Shown: positions 1 to 9,200 of the stretch, piece after piece
How positions within the stretch are numbered: the first letter of the stretch is position 1
Layout of the letters: every line of letters begins with the position of its first letter
Assembly: GCA_040756235.1 (NCBI GenBank)
Contig: JBFLZG010000084.1
Span: forward strand, 42,316 to 106,315
Origin: a bacterium
Lineage (GTDB): Bacteria > Desulfobacterota > DSWW01
Length of the DNA stretch: 64,000 bases
Reading direction: 5' to 3'
Position numbers and translations under genes: made by a program
The notes under the pieces: generated by a model
Seen by the model: the letters and a program-made list of their open reading frames with translations, nothing else
Databases searched by the model: none
Told to the model about the DNA's origin: nothing

Positions 1-2249
1 AAGACGTCCGCGCCCACCATGTTGAACTGGACCTGCAGGCCGCCGCGCTCGAAGTAGGTATCGATGAAGGCTTTGAGGTTCTCGGCACGAAGCCTCTTCC
101 CGTGAAAACGCATGTTGAGGTTGGCGCCGTTCGAGACCCGCTTCAGGGGCAGCTTGGTGACCGACCGGAGCACGGCCGTGGGGCCGAGGAACGCGTTCCC
201 GGTCATGGGCGTCAGCCCGTTCCCGAGCACTGCGCCGGAGGGTCGGCCATCCGGGGTGGCTCCCGTGAACGCGCCCATGGCGATGTGGAAGCCGACCGAG
301 AAGACGCCGGGCCAGAAGGCGCCTCCCCTGTAGCTCCGGTAGCCGGAGAGCTCGTTGCAGAAATGATCGAGCACGCGTGCCGCGAGCCCGTCCACCTCGT
401 CGTCGTCGTTCCCGTACTTGGCGATCTTGCGAAGCAGGTAGACCCGCTTGTCCTCCGCCTCGCGCCAGTTGTTGGCCAGCCATTCCACGAGCTGCCCCAG
501 AGTCAGGCTCCGGTCCTCGAACACCGCCGTGCGGATCGCATGGAGGCTGTCGGCCACGTTCGCGAAGCCGATGAGCTCGACGCCGGTCGAGTTGTAGAGG
601 GCGCCGCCCCGGGTGAGGTCGAGCCCTCTTTCGAGCGGGCCCTCGATCATGGCCGATGCAAAAGGGGAGGGGACGATCTCGGCAATGGCCTGGTCGAGGG
701 CGGCCATGCCCCGGACCATCTGGCGCACGAAGTGAGAGACCTGGGCCGCGTAGGCAGTCCAGACATCCTCGAAGGCGCGGAAGGTCCTCGGATCGCCGGT
801 CCGTATGCCCGCGGGCGATCCGAGCACGGTGTCCGTACCGTTGCTCAGCGCCAGCTCCAGACACTTGATGGCATTGAGCTGCACCGCAAAGGTGGAGCCG
901 AAGGTCCTGCCCTGGGCGTTCGGCTCCAGGCAGCCGACCACGCCGTAGTCCCGGGCGTGCTCGAGCGCGTGCCCGGCGGCGGTCAGCGAAGGGATGATCG
1001 CGTCGTCGTTGAAGAAGTGCAGCGCCACGCCATCCCGGGCGTATTGCACGGCCTTCAGGAAGAAGTCCGGGGGAGACAAGGCGCTCAGGCGGACCCCGAA
1101 GTTCGGCTGCACGGTGCGGAGGTCGGCGTAGGCGTCCAGGGCGATCCGGCTGAGCTCGCTGGTCGCGTCTTTCCCGTCCGGCCCGACTCCCCCGACGACC
1201 ACGTTCTGGGTCGTCTTGCCTTCGGCGCCCTCGCCCCCCGGGATGAAGGCTTCCTCCAGCACGTTCCAGATCTCGTTGGTCTTGAGGTACAGGAGAGAGA
1301 GAAGCTCCCTGGCCTCCTCGGGCGTCGTCCGGCCGGACCGCCGGTCGCCAAGGTAGTAAGGCAGCAGGATCCGGTCGATCCGGCCCAGGGAGATGGAGTT
1401 GCCTCCGGACTCGATCTGGGCGATGAGATGGATGAAGTAGACGCTCTGGACGGCTTCGCGGAAGGTCCGCGCCGGGTGCTCCGGCACGCGGCTGCACACG
1501 GCCGAGATCTCCTCCAGCTCTCTCTTCCTTGCCGGGTCGCTCTCAGCCGCAGCCAGCTCCTGAGCCAGGGCCGCGTGCCGGCGGGCGAACCGGATCGCCG
1601 CGTCGAGCGAACGGATCACCGCATCGTAGAAGAAGCCCTTGTCTCCGGCCCTGTCCCTGCCGGACAATGCCGCGCGCTTCGTCCGGGTCTCGTCGATGAT
1701 GCCGCGGAGCCCGAGGCGGAGCACGCGGGGATGATCCATGGTGAAGTGGCCGATACCGTAAGTGATCTCCAGCATCATGGTGAAGACGTAGGTGTCCATG
1801 TCGCGGGACACGTCCGCCGGCAGGAGCTCCCGCAGGCGATCCTCTACGGTTCTGCCTTTCCAGAAGGGCAGGACCTGATCACGCAGCACGCGCTTCTCCT
1901 CGTCGGTGATGAGGGCCTTCTGGAGGAGGCGCCGGTCGAAGCTCTCCAGGTCTCCTTCGATCCATTGAGATTTGTTTTCCGGGAAGAGAGGCGCGCCCTT
2001 GAGCTTCGAGGTCCGGCAGCCCACGACGAGCTCGCCCTCCCGAATGATCACGCGGGCACGGTCGAGCACGTGCGCCAGGGCCATGCTCATGCGGGTCAGG
2101 GGATGACGGCACCAGTTTTCGGTCATCGATCGGGTGAGGTGCAGGGCACGCTCGACGCAGACTTCCTGAGGAGCGTCCACAATCCGCTCCCGCAGCCTTT
2201 CCACCCTTGACCTTGGCACGCTTGCGCAGGCGGCTTCCGAGGGAGGCAT
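1..2249 (-). CDS. Glycyl radical enzyme (PFL2/eliminase-like), 3' end outside the window
   Basis: Not in the ORF track because it has no stop in the window. Manual translation of segments from ATG 2249 (GGAGGA RBS): MPPSEAACASVPRSRVERLRERIV...VCVERA...GELVVG...FPE...LPFWKG; Cys loop DYGVVGCLEP; near the edge FIDTYFERGGLQVQFNMV. The Gly loop lies beyond position 1. Confidence 0.93.
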   Translation of the reverse strand, partial: MPPSEAACASVPRSRVERLRERIVDAPQEVCVERALHLTRSMTENWCRHPLTRMSMALAHVLDRARVIIREGELVVGCRTSKLKGAPLFPENKSQWIEGDLESFDRRLLQKALITDEEKRVLRDQVLPFWKGRTVEDRLRELLPADVSRDMDTYVFTMMLEITYGIGHFTMDHPRVLRLGLRGIIDETRTKRAALSGRDRAGDKGFFYDAVIRSLDAAIRFARRHAALAQELAAAESDPARKRELEEISAVCSRVPEHPARTFREAVQSVYFIHLIAQIESGGNSISLGRIDRILLPYYLGDRRSGRTTPEEARELLSLLYLKTNEIWNVLEEAFIPGGEGAEGKTTQNVVVGGVGPDGKDATSELSRIALDAYADLRTVQPNFGVRLSALSPPDFFLKAVQYARDGVALHFFNDDAIIPSLTAAGHALEHARDYGVVGCLEPNAQGRTFGSTFAVQLNAIKCLELALSNGTDTVLGSPAGIRTGDPRTFRAFEDVWTAYAAQVSHFVRQMVRGMAALDQAIAEIVPSPFASAMIEGPLERGLDLTRGGALYNSTGVELIGFANVADSLHAIRTAVFEDRSLTLGQLVEWLANNWREAEDKRVYLLRKIAKYGNDDDEVDGLAARVLDHFCNELSGYRSYRGGAFWPGVFSVGFHIAMGAFTGATPDGRPSGAVLGNGLTPMTGNAFLGPTAVLRSVTKLPLKRVSNGANLNMRFHGKRLRAENLKAFIDTYFERGGLQVQFNMVGADV

Positions 2250-2364
2250 GGGTTCCTCCGTTTCCGGTCCGGCCGCTCTCCCTGCGCGACCCGCGGGGCT
2301 CTGCAGGACGAGTCCGGTCCGGTCTTGTACGGCTTCTGTTGGCGTCGGCGTCCTCTTCAGGTCG

Positions 2365-3195
2365 CTAGACTTGGATTCCCATGTGGTTGAGCAGGATCCT
2401 ATCCCTTACGGCCCGAGGCAGGGTCCGGTTGAGGAAGAGAAAGACGGTGCTCATGAAATCCACCTGGTTGTGCACTCCGGGCTTGGCGGACTCGAGGACC
2501 TTCACGATCCTCTCGGCAGCCTGGAGCGGGGTGGGGGCGGTCCGGATCAGCTCCCGATCCCTCTCGATGAAGCGCCTGGCTCGCTCCCGGTAAGGAGAGC
2601 CTTCCCGAGGCAACTTGTGACTCTTCTCGGCAAAGGCCGTGGAGACCTGCGCCGGCTCGATGACCGCCACCCGGATCCCGAACGGCTCGACTTCGTAGCG
2701 GAGGGAAAGCAGAAGACCCTCGAGGGCGAACTTCGAGGCCGAGTAAACGGATTCGAAGGGGAAGGGCACCTGCCCTACCAGAGAGGACATGGCGACGAGC
2801 TTGCCGGACCTTCGCTCACGCATGGACGGCAGGAAAGCCTGAAAGACCGCTGCCGCCCCGATCACGTTGATCTCGAGGCAGCGCAGGGCCGACTCGAGGT
2901 CGACCTCCTCGAACGGGCCGAAGAAGCCGATGCCCACGTTGGAAAAAACCGTATCGGCCCTCCCGAACCGGGCCAGGACCCTGTCCCGGAACGAGAGGAC
3001 GCCTGCTCGATCCGTCACGTCCAGGACCGAGAGCAGGTGGGCGGCCCCGGCCCTCTCGAGATCTTCGGCGAGAGACTCGACCCCTGCCGCGTCCACGTCG
3101 AAGCCGGCGATCGTTGCGCCCCTGGCTGCCAGGAGCCTGGCCACTTCCCGGCCCATGCCCTGGGCGACTCCCGTGATGACCACGATCTGGTCCAT
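2365..3195 (-). CDS. Short-chain dehydrogenase/reductase (SDR)
   Basis: TGVAQGMG Rossmann motif, NVG, catalytic YSASK. Confidence 0.93.
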   Translation of the reverse strand: MDQIVVITGVAQGMGREVARLLAARGATIAGFDVDAAGVESLAEDLERAGAAHLLSVLDVTDRAGVLSFRDRVLARFGRADTVFSNVGIGFFGPFEEVDLESALRCLEINVIGAAAVFQAFLPSMRERRSGKLVAMSSLVGQVPFPFESVYSASKFALEGLLLSLRYEVEPFGIRVAVIEPAQVSTAFAEKSHKLPREGSPYRERARRFIERDRELIRTAPTPLQAAERIVKVLESAKPGVHNQVDFMSTVFLFLNRTLPRAVRDRILLNHMGIQV

Positions 3196-3246
3196 GATGC
3201 CTCCGCTGTGAGCCGGTGCCGCCTCGAGCCCGGCTCCCCTCTCGGG

Positions 3247-3819
3247 TCAGAGACCCTCTTCCGCAAACAGCCGCTTCAACTCGGCGGGATCGACTCCCTC
3301 TTTGTTTCTGGCGACTTCCTTCCTGGCCCGTTTCAGCCACGTCAGGAATGCCTCGTTGAAGAGGAGCCCCAGCTCGGCCAACAGCTTCACGTAGAGGCCG
3401 TGCCGCCTCCAGCGCTTCATGTTGTCTCGTCTGCGCCCGAGCAGACGCTGGTACGTTCGAATCTGCTCGTCCAGTAGAGCCAGGGCCCGCTCCTTGCGGC
3501 CGAACCCGAGGAACACGAACCGGAGGAGGAAGGGATCTCGGAAGACGAGCGTTCTCTCCGGAGAGCCTTCCAGCCAGCGGGCGAACGCCTCCCGTCCAGC
3601 CTCCGTGATGGAATAGGGTTTCCTCTCCATGGCTCCGTTGCGGTCCACGGCCTGCTTCCGGATGAGGCCCTCGCCGTCCAGTTGCTTGAGGCAGGGATAG
3701 ATCTGGCCATAGTTGATGGACCACATAAAACTGAAATGCTCTTCGAGATGGGCCTTGATCCGATACCCGTGCATGTCGCCGTAGTGCAGAAGCCCCAGGA
3801 TCGCGTACTTGACCGACAT
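3247..3819 (-). CDS. PadR-family transcriptional regulator
   Basis: ILGLL...MHGY...GQIYPCLKQL...RKPYSITEAG winged helix with a C-terminal helical extension. Confidence 0.93.
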   Translation of the reverse strand: MSVKYAILGLLHYGDMHGYRIKAHLEEHFSFMWSINYGQIYPCLKQLDGEGLIRKQAVDRNGAMERKPYSITEAGREAFARWLEGSPERTLVFRDPFLLRFVFLGFGRKERALALLDEQIRTYQRLLGRRRDNMKRWRRHGLYVKLLAELGLLFNEAFLTWLKRARKEVARNKEGVDPAELKRLFAEEGL

Positions 3820-3849
3820 GAAGGTTCCTCCGTCCCGTCACCGCTGACG

Positions 3850-3876
3850 ATATATATAGAAAGTATATATTGTCAA
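3850..3876 (-). promoter_or_regulatory. Probable padR promoter with overlapping inverted-repeat operator
   Basis: TTGACA on the minus strand (3871-3876) adjacent to ATATATA-GAAAG-TATATAT (3852-3870), an AT island in GC-rich DNA. Confidence 0.6.
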
Positions 3877-4036
3877 GAAAATTTTCCGGAGCTTCTCGGG
3901 ACCGGGGTCCGCTCGCAGAAAACAAGCGAGGAGGCTCCGCGATGACCCCTTGACCGGTCGCTTGGCGGTGATTACCTAGAGGGCGAAACGGGTGAATTGG
4001 TCAGCCAATTAAACCATTTAACAGGAGGAAACCACC

Positions 4037-4480
4037 ATGCTGGTACGCTGGAATCCTTTGCGGGACCTGGAAACGTTGCACGGCGAGATCGATCGGATTT
4101 TCGACGAAGCTGTCGGACGTCCTGTCATGAGAGGCGAAACGAGGACGGCAAGCTGGGTGCCGACCGTGGACATTCACGAGGACCAGGACGGCGTCAACCT
4201 CTCGGCCGACCTTCCGGGGATGACCCAGAAGGACGTCAAGGTGAACATCGACAACGGCATTCTGACCTTGTCCGGTGAGAGGAAGCTGGAGCGCGAGAAC
4301 AAGAAAGAGAGCTACCATCGCCTTGAGAGGTTCTACGGCAGCTTCAGCCGTTCCTTCTCCCTGCCCAACACGGTCAACACGGAGAAGGTCGACGCCCGAA
4401 TGGAGCACGGCGTGCTCAAGATCCATCTCCCCAAGAGGGAAGAGGCGAAGCCGAAGCAGATCGAGATCAAGGTCAGCTAA
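4037..4480 (+). CDS. Hsp20/alpha-crystallin small heat-shock protein
   Basis: WVPTVDIHE...ADLPG...ERFYGSFSRSFSLP...HGVLKIHLPK; AGGAGG RBS. Confidence 0.95.
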   Translation: MLVRWNPLRDLETLHGEIDRIFDEAVGRPVMRGETRTASWVPTVDIHEDQDGVNLSADLPGMTQKDVKVNIDNGILTLSGERKLERENKKESYHRLERFYGSFSRSFSLPNTVNTEKVDARMEHGVLKIHLPKREEAKPKQIEIKVS

Positions 4481-4633
4481 GGGAAGTCGCGGCCGTGGGT
4501 CTCCGCCTCAAGGTCTTTCCTGCGGGACCCGCGGCCACGGCCGCACCGCTGAGCAAATCGAAGCGGCGCTTCTTGCATGAAGGAAGCCCGACATGCGAGT
4601 GCAGATTGCTTCCCCCAGTCAGCCGAGATCCTG

Positions 4634-4981
4634 ATGAAGAACTACTTAGAGCTGGTCCCACAAGCTCTGGTTCGGGAGCCTGTTCAACAATGCCCAGATG
4701 CCAGGCGCGCGAAATCCCGAGGAATGAGGCGTACATTTCAGTACGCCGCAATGACGAGGGACGAGCGCAACGCCGCAGATGGGCGTTTTGGGACAGGCTC
4801 TACTTACGTCATCTTGGAGCTCACCAGGCAGGCCAGCGAGGAAGACATCCGCAGGGCCCATCGCAGGCTGGCCGCCCGGTATCACCCGGACGTGAGCCGG
4901 GAACCTGACCCCGACAAGTTCCGAGAGAGGACCCACATGAGGAGGAAGGAAAATGGCTCTTCGTTTCGATCCCGTCCGTGA
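4634..4981 (+). pseudogene. DnaJ J-domain remnant, interrupted by a repeat element and C-terminally truncated
   Basis: MKNY-[insert]-YVILELTRQASEEDIRRAHRRLAARYHPDVSREPDPDKFRE keeps the HPD motif; the usual INEAYxxL continuation is missing. Confidence 0.7.
4649..4800 (+). repeat. MITE-like repeat, copy 1
   Basis: Core GCCTGTTCAACAATGCCCAGATG...GAGGAATGAGGCGTAC...GTACGCCGCAATGAC...GAGCGCAACGCCGCAGATGGGCGTTTT...ACAGGCTC, shared with other copies; imperfect terminal inverted repeats. Confidence 0.85.
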
Positions 4982-5396
4982 AATGGACGGCATCCGGGAA
5001 GGAGTCCGGCGGGTCTTTCAGGATTCCCTGACCAAAATGCGAAAGGAGAAAGGCGGGACCGAGCTCACGGAGTGGGTTCCGCTGATCGACATGTTTCATG
5101 ACAAGGATGTCTTCATCCTGAGCATGGATCTGCCGGGGGTGGACAGGAAGGACGTCGAGATCCGGCTGAACGAAGACGTGCTTACGGTCCGAGGCGACCG
5201 GAAGCTCGAGAAGCAGAGCCAGTATTATCTCAGGATCGAGTCGCCTTACGGGACATTCGAGCGTTCCTTTACCGTTCCCGACTCGGTGGACACGGGCAAG
5301 ATCGAGGCCAAGCTCGAAAAGGGCGTGCTCGAGATCGTCCTGCCCCGGAGAGAAGAACCCGGGCCCAGGCAGGTCCAGATCGCGGTCAAGGAGTGA
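4953..5396 (+). CDS. Hsp20/alpha-crystallin small heat-shock protein (second copy)
   Basis: WVPLIDM...DLPGV...YGTFERSFTVP...KGVLEIVLP. Confidence 0.93.
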   Translation: MALRFDPVREMDGIREGVRRVFQDSLTKMRKEKGGTELTEWVPLIDMFHDKDVFILSMDLPGVDRKDVEIRLNEDVLTVRGDRKLEKQSQYYLRIESPYGTFERSFTVPDSVDTGKIEAKLEKGVLEIVLPRREEPGPRQVQIAVKE

Positions 5397-5420
5397 GCGC
5401 GGGCTTGGCTTTTTGAGCGC

Positions 5421-5460
5421 GACAGAACCGGGCGCCACTTCGGCGCCCGGTTCTGTCTTT
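5421..5460 (+). terminator. Intrinsic terminator
   Basis: Perfect 16-bp stem GACAGAACCGGGCGCC/GGCGCCCGGTTCTGTC followed by TTT. Confidence 0.75.
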
Positions 5461-5587
5461 CAGGGACGGAAGGATCTGCACCGCAGGTGCAAGAGCTGCA
5501 CCGGGAAACCCGCCGACTTCACGTTCCCTTCAGCCCTTTCGGTGGAGAATTCATTGGTGCCATGGGGTCTCCGGCGCTCTTCCCGGA

Positions 5588-5604
5588 TTGGCACCGCTTT
5601 TGCT
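5588..5604 (+). promoter_or_regulatory. Sigma54 -24/-12 promoter
   Basis: TTGGCACCGCTTTTGCT (GG-N10-GC), 86 bp before ATG 5690. Confidence 0.7.
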
Positions 5605-5689
5605 CAAGGGTTCGGAAGGCTCAGGGCGATTTCACCATGGGGGATTGAGGCGGAGTCCACGAGTCTTCCATAATCGGGAGGGAACGCAC

Positions 5690-6097
5690 ATGAGAACATC
5701 GAGTCTGAAGCTTCTTGGCATCTGCTTGCTGTTGCTTGCAGCCGTCTCGGGCATTCGCGCCTCGCAAGCCCGGGCGCTGGAGGTCGCCATCGACATCAGT
5801 CCGAACGTTCTGAACCTCGAGAGCCAGGGGACGGTCGTCACCGTGCACACGGACCTGGACTATGAGCAGGTGGACGCCTACTCGGTCTACCTGAACGATG
5901 TTGCGATCAGCAGCTGGAAGGCGGACAACCGCGGGGACTTCGTCGCCAAGTTCTCCATGGAGGAGGTCAAGAGCCTGGATGGGCTGGTCATCGATGAATA
6001 CAACACTCTGCAAATAGCGGGGGTGACCACCGATGGCGAGGCGTTCGCGGGGGCACAGGACATCCTGGTGATCGACAAGATTCCCCGGGGGCAGTAA
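5690..6097 (+). CDS. Secreted hypothetical protein
   Basis: GGAGGG RBS; signal peptide MRTSSLKLLGICLLLLAAVSG...ARA; acidic mature part IDISPNVLNLESQG. Confidence 0.8.
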   Translation: MRTSSLKLLGICLLLLAAVSGIRASQARALEVAIDISPNVLNLESQGTVVTVHTDLDYEQVDAYSVYLNDVAISSWKADNRGDFVAKFSMEEVKSLDGLVIDEYNTLQIAGVTTDGEAFAGAQDILVIDKIPRGQ

Positions 6098-6135
6098 TCC
6101 GGATGATCGGGTTTGGCTCGTTTCCCATGGTGCGC

Positions 6136-6170
6136 AGGGGGGCGGAGCCTGGCGGGCTTCCGCCCCCTTT
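6136..6170. terminator. Hairpin terminator between convergent genes
   Basis: GGGGGCGGAGCC/GGCTTCCGCCCCC stem followed by TTT. Confidence 0.55.
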
Positions 6171-6276
6171 CATTCTCGGGCCGCATACACGGGTGCTGCC
6201 CGTCCTCTCGCTCTCGAGCGGCCGCGCGCTGCAGTCACGGACACGGCACTGCAAGGCTGCGTCGAGAGCTCTCCGT

Positions 6277-9200
6277 TCAGCGGATCTTCTTCTTCGCCTC
6301 GTTGTTGTTCTCGTTGCTCTCCTGGACGGTCTGGTCGGCATCGGTCACGGCAACGAGAGAGCCGTCTTTCGGGTCCGAACGGAACCAGTAGATGCGAAGA
6401 TCGAGCGTGGTCCGCCCCTTGGCAAGCCTTGAAATGCCGGTCCTGTCGAGATACTGCCGATCCGAGCTGCCTTGCGGACTGTAGTAGTACCGGATCTTGA
6501 ACGCCCCTGCATCGGCGTCTCCGATGTTCGCCACCTTCAAGGTGGCAAGCACGAACCATCCTCGGGGCGTTCTGATTTTCAGGTAAAGGAGTTTGCTCCA
6601 GCTGCCCTTCAGGTCCGGCCTTGCGGCGGCGCAGTCGGGGTCCTGGGCGTCGACCAAGCCGTCGCAGTCGTTGTCCTCGCCGTCGTCACAGGACTCCGCC
6701 GTACCCGGATGCGTCGCCGGGTCGTCGTCCGCGCAGTCTCCCTGGCACGACGTGTAACCGTCTCCATCCTCGTCAAAGCCTTCGTCCACCTCTGCGTCGC
6801 AGTTGTCATCGATGCCGTTACAGGTCTCGGCAGCACCGGGATTGACGAGGGCCTCGCTGTCATTGCAGTCGGTCGCGTTTTCCACGTAGGCCGGCGGCGG
6901 CGCGCAGGCTTCGACGGTGAGGCCGGGATCGGGATCGCCGTATCCGTCACCATCAAGGTCCAGGTAGTAGGTGCTCAAGACGCCCTCGTCCGTCTGCCCG
7001 TCGCAATTGTTGTCTCGCCCGTCGCAGACCTCCTCGGCCGGAATGCCGGGCATGCAGTCGTTGAGCGGCAGGCCGTTCTCACACGAGAGGACGCCCGTGG
7101 AAGAGCACTCGCCGACCCCGCAGGAGGTGGGAGTCGGGGTGAAGTTTTCGTCTGCTGCGCCGTTGCAGTTCTCGTCTACGCCATTGCAGTCGTCGTCGGC
7201 GCCGGTCGGGTCGCCGGGCTCGCAGGTATCGACGAGGGCTCCGGCCTGGCAGGTGCTCTGGCCGGTCGCGGCGCAGACGCCCTGGCCGCAGGAGGTGGGG
7301 GTCGGAATGAAATCTTCGTCCACGTCGTCATCGCAGTCATCGTCTGCGCCGTTGCAGACCGACTCCGCAATGCCGGAAGGAGTGCACACGTATTCACAGC
7401 TGCTGTCGTCCGAATCGGCCGCCCCATCGCAGTCGTTGTCCTGACCATCGGTGCAATTCGGGGCCCCGTAGGGGCCTTCAGCCTGCGGCTCGCCGGGCTC
7501 GCAGGTGTCGACGAGCGCGCCACCCTGGCAGGTATTCTGTCCTGTTGACGCGCAGACGCCTTGGCCGCAGGAGGTCGGCTCCGGCACGAAGTCCTCGTCC
7601 GCGTCGCCGTCGCAATCATCGTCTGCGCCGTTGCACTCGGTTTCCGGGATCCCGGTTGGAGTGCAGGCATATTCACAGTTGCTGTCGTCCGCATCGGCTG
7701 CCCCGTCGCAGTCATTGTCCAGACCGTCGCTGCAGGTCGGGGCCCCGTAAGGACCTTCGGCCTGCGGCTCTCCGGGCTCGCAGGTGTCGACGAGGGCTCC
7801 GGCCTGGCAGGTGCTCTGGCCGGTGGCCGCGCAGACGCCCTGGCCGCAGAAGGTGGGAGTCGGAACGAAGTCCTCGTCCGCGCCGCCGTCGCAGTCGTCG
7901 TCCGCGCCATTGCATTCCGACTCCGGAACTCCGGTTGGTGCGCAGAGCTCGACGTGGACCTCGGCCGTGTCGACCCCGTTCAGACCTTCGTCGTCCCACA
8001 CCTGCAAGGTCACGGCGCCGACGAACTCGGTGTCCCAGGTGTGTTCCATGAACGGGACCTCGGACCCGTCGTCATAATAGCCGTCGTTGTCCCAGTCCCA
8101 CTCGTACCATTGGATCTGGCCGTTGCGATCGTGAGAAGCGCTGGCATCGAAGATCACGGGAGCGCCCGGGCTTCCGAAGTAGGGTCCGCCGGCCTCGGCC
8201 ACCGGCTCCCCGTAGTTTACGTCCACCGAGGCGGTGTCGATCGCAGCGTTTCCGTCATCGTCCCACACCTGCAGCGTGACGGTGCCGACGAATGCGTCGT
8301 CCCACGTGTGCTCGATGACAGGGGAGCTGCCCGCGTCGTCGGGATAGCCGTCATCGTCCCAATCCCACTCGTACCAGACGATCTGACCGTTGGGATCGTA
8401 GGAGGCGCTGGCATCAAACAGGATCGGCAAAGCTGCGACCCCGAGATACGGTCCCCCGGCCTCGGCCACCAGCTGGCCGGAAGCGACGAAGACGGAGGCG
8501 GTGTCGATTCCGGTCAGATCCCGGTCGTCCCGGACCCGCAGGGTGACGGTGCCGGAAAACTCGTTGTCCCACGTGTGCTCGATGGAAGGAGAAGAGCCCG
8601 CGTCGTCATAATTGCCGTCGTTGTCCCAGTCCCACTCGTACCACACGATCTCGCCGTCGATATCGTGGGAGCCGCCGGCATCGAACAGGATCGGGAGGCC
8701 AGCGACGCCCTGGTAGGGTCCCCCGGCCTCGGCCACCGGCTCCCCGAAGCCCACGTCCACGGCAGCAGTGTCGGTGCCCGTCTGATCCTCGTCATCCCAG
8801 ACCCGCAGCGTGACCGTGCCGGTGAATTCGGCGTTCCAGGTGTGCTGGGCGGCAGGGGACGCGCTCTGGTCGTCGAAAACGCCGTCCCCGTCCCAGTCCC
8901 ACTCGTACCGGACGATCTCGCCGTCCGGGTCATGGGAGCCGCTCGCATCGAACAAGACCGGCGACCCGATGACGCCCGCGTAGGGCCCGCCGGCCTCGGC
9001 CACCGGGAGCCTGGCAACGAGCTCCGCATAGGCTGCGCCGAATCCGGTCAGGCCGTCGTTGTCCACGACCTTCAGCCGGACCAGGCCGGTGTATTCGTTG
9101 ACCCAGGTGTGCTCGATGACCGGATCAAAGGTCGTCTCATCGGAGGTCCCGTCCCCATTCCAATCCCATTCGTAGCGGACGATGGATCCGTCCGGGTCCT

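Noticed and set aside
102..2210. 702-aa plus-strand ORF
   Set aside because: Antisense shadow of the glycyl radical enzyme; no recognisable motifs.
3940..4036. CIRCE, HAIR or sigma32 element upstream of hsp20
   Set aside because: No convincing match to the consensus.
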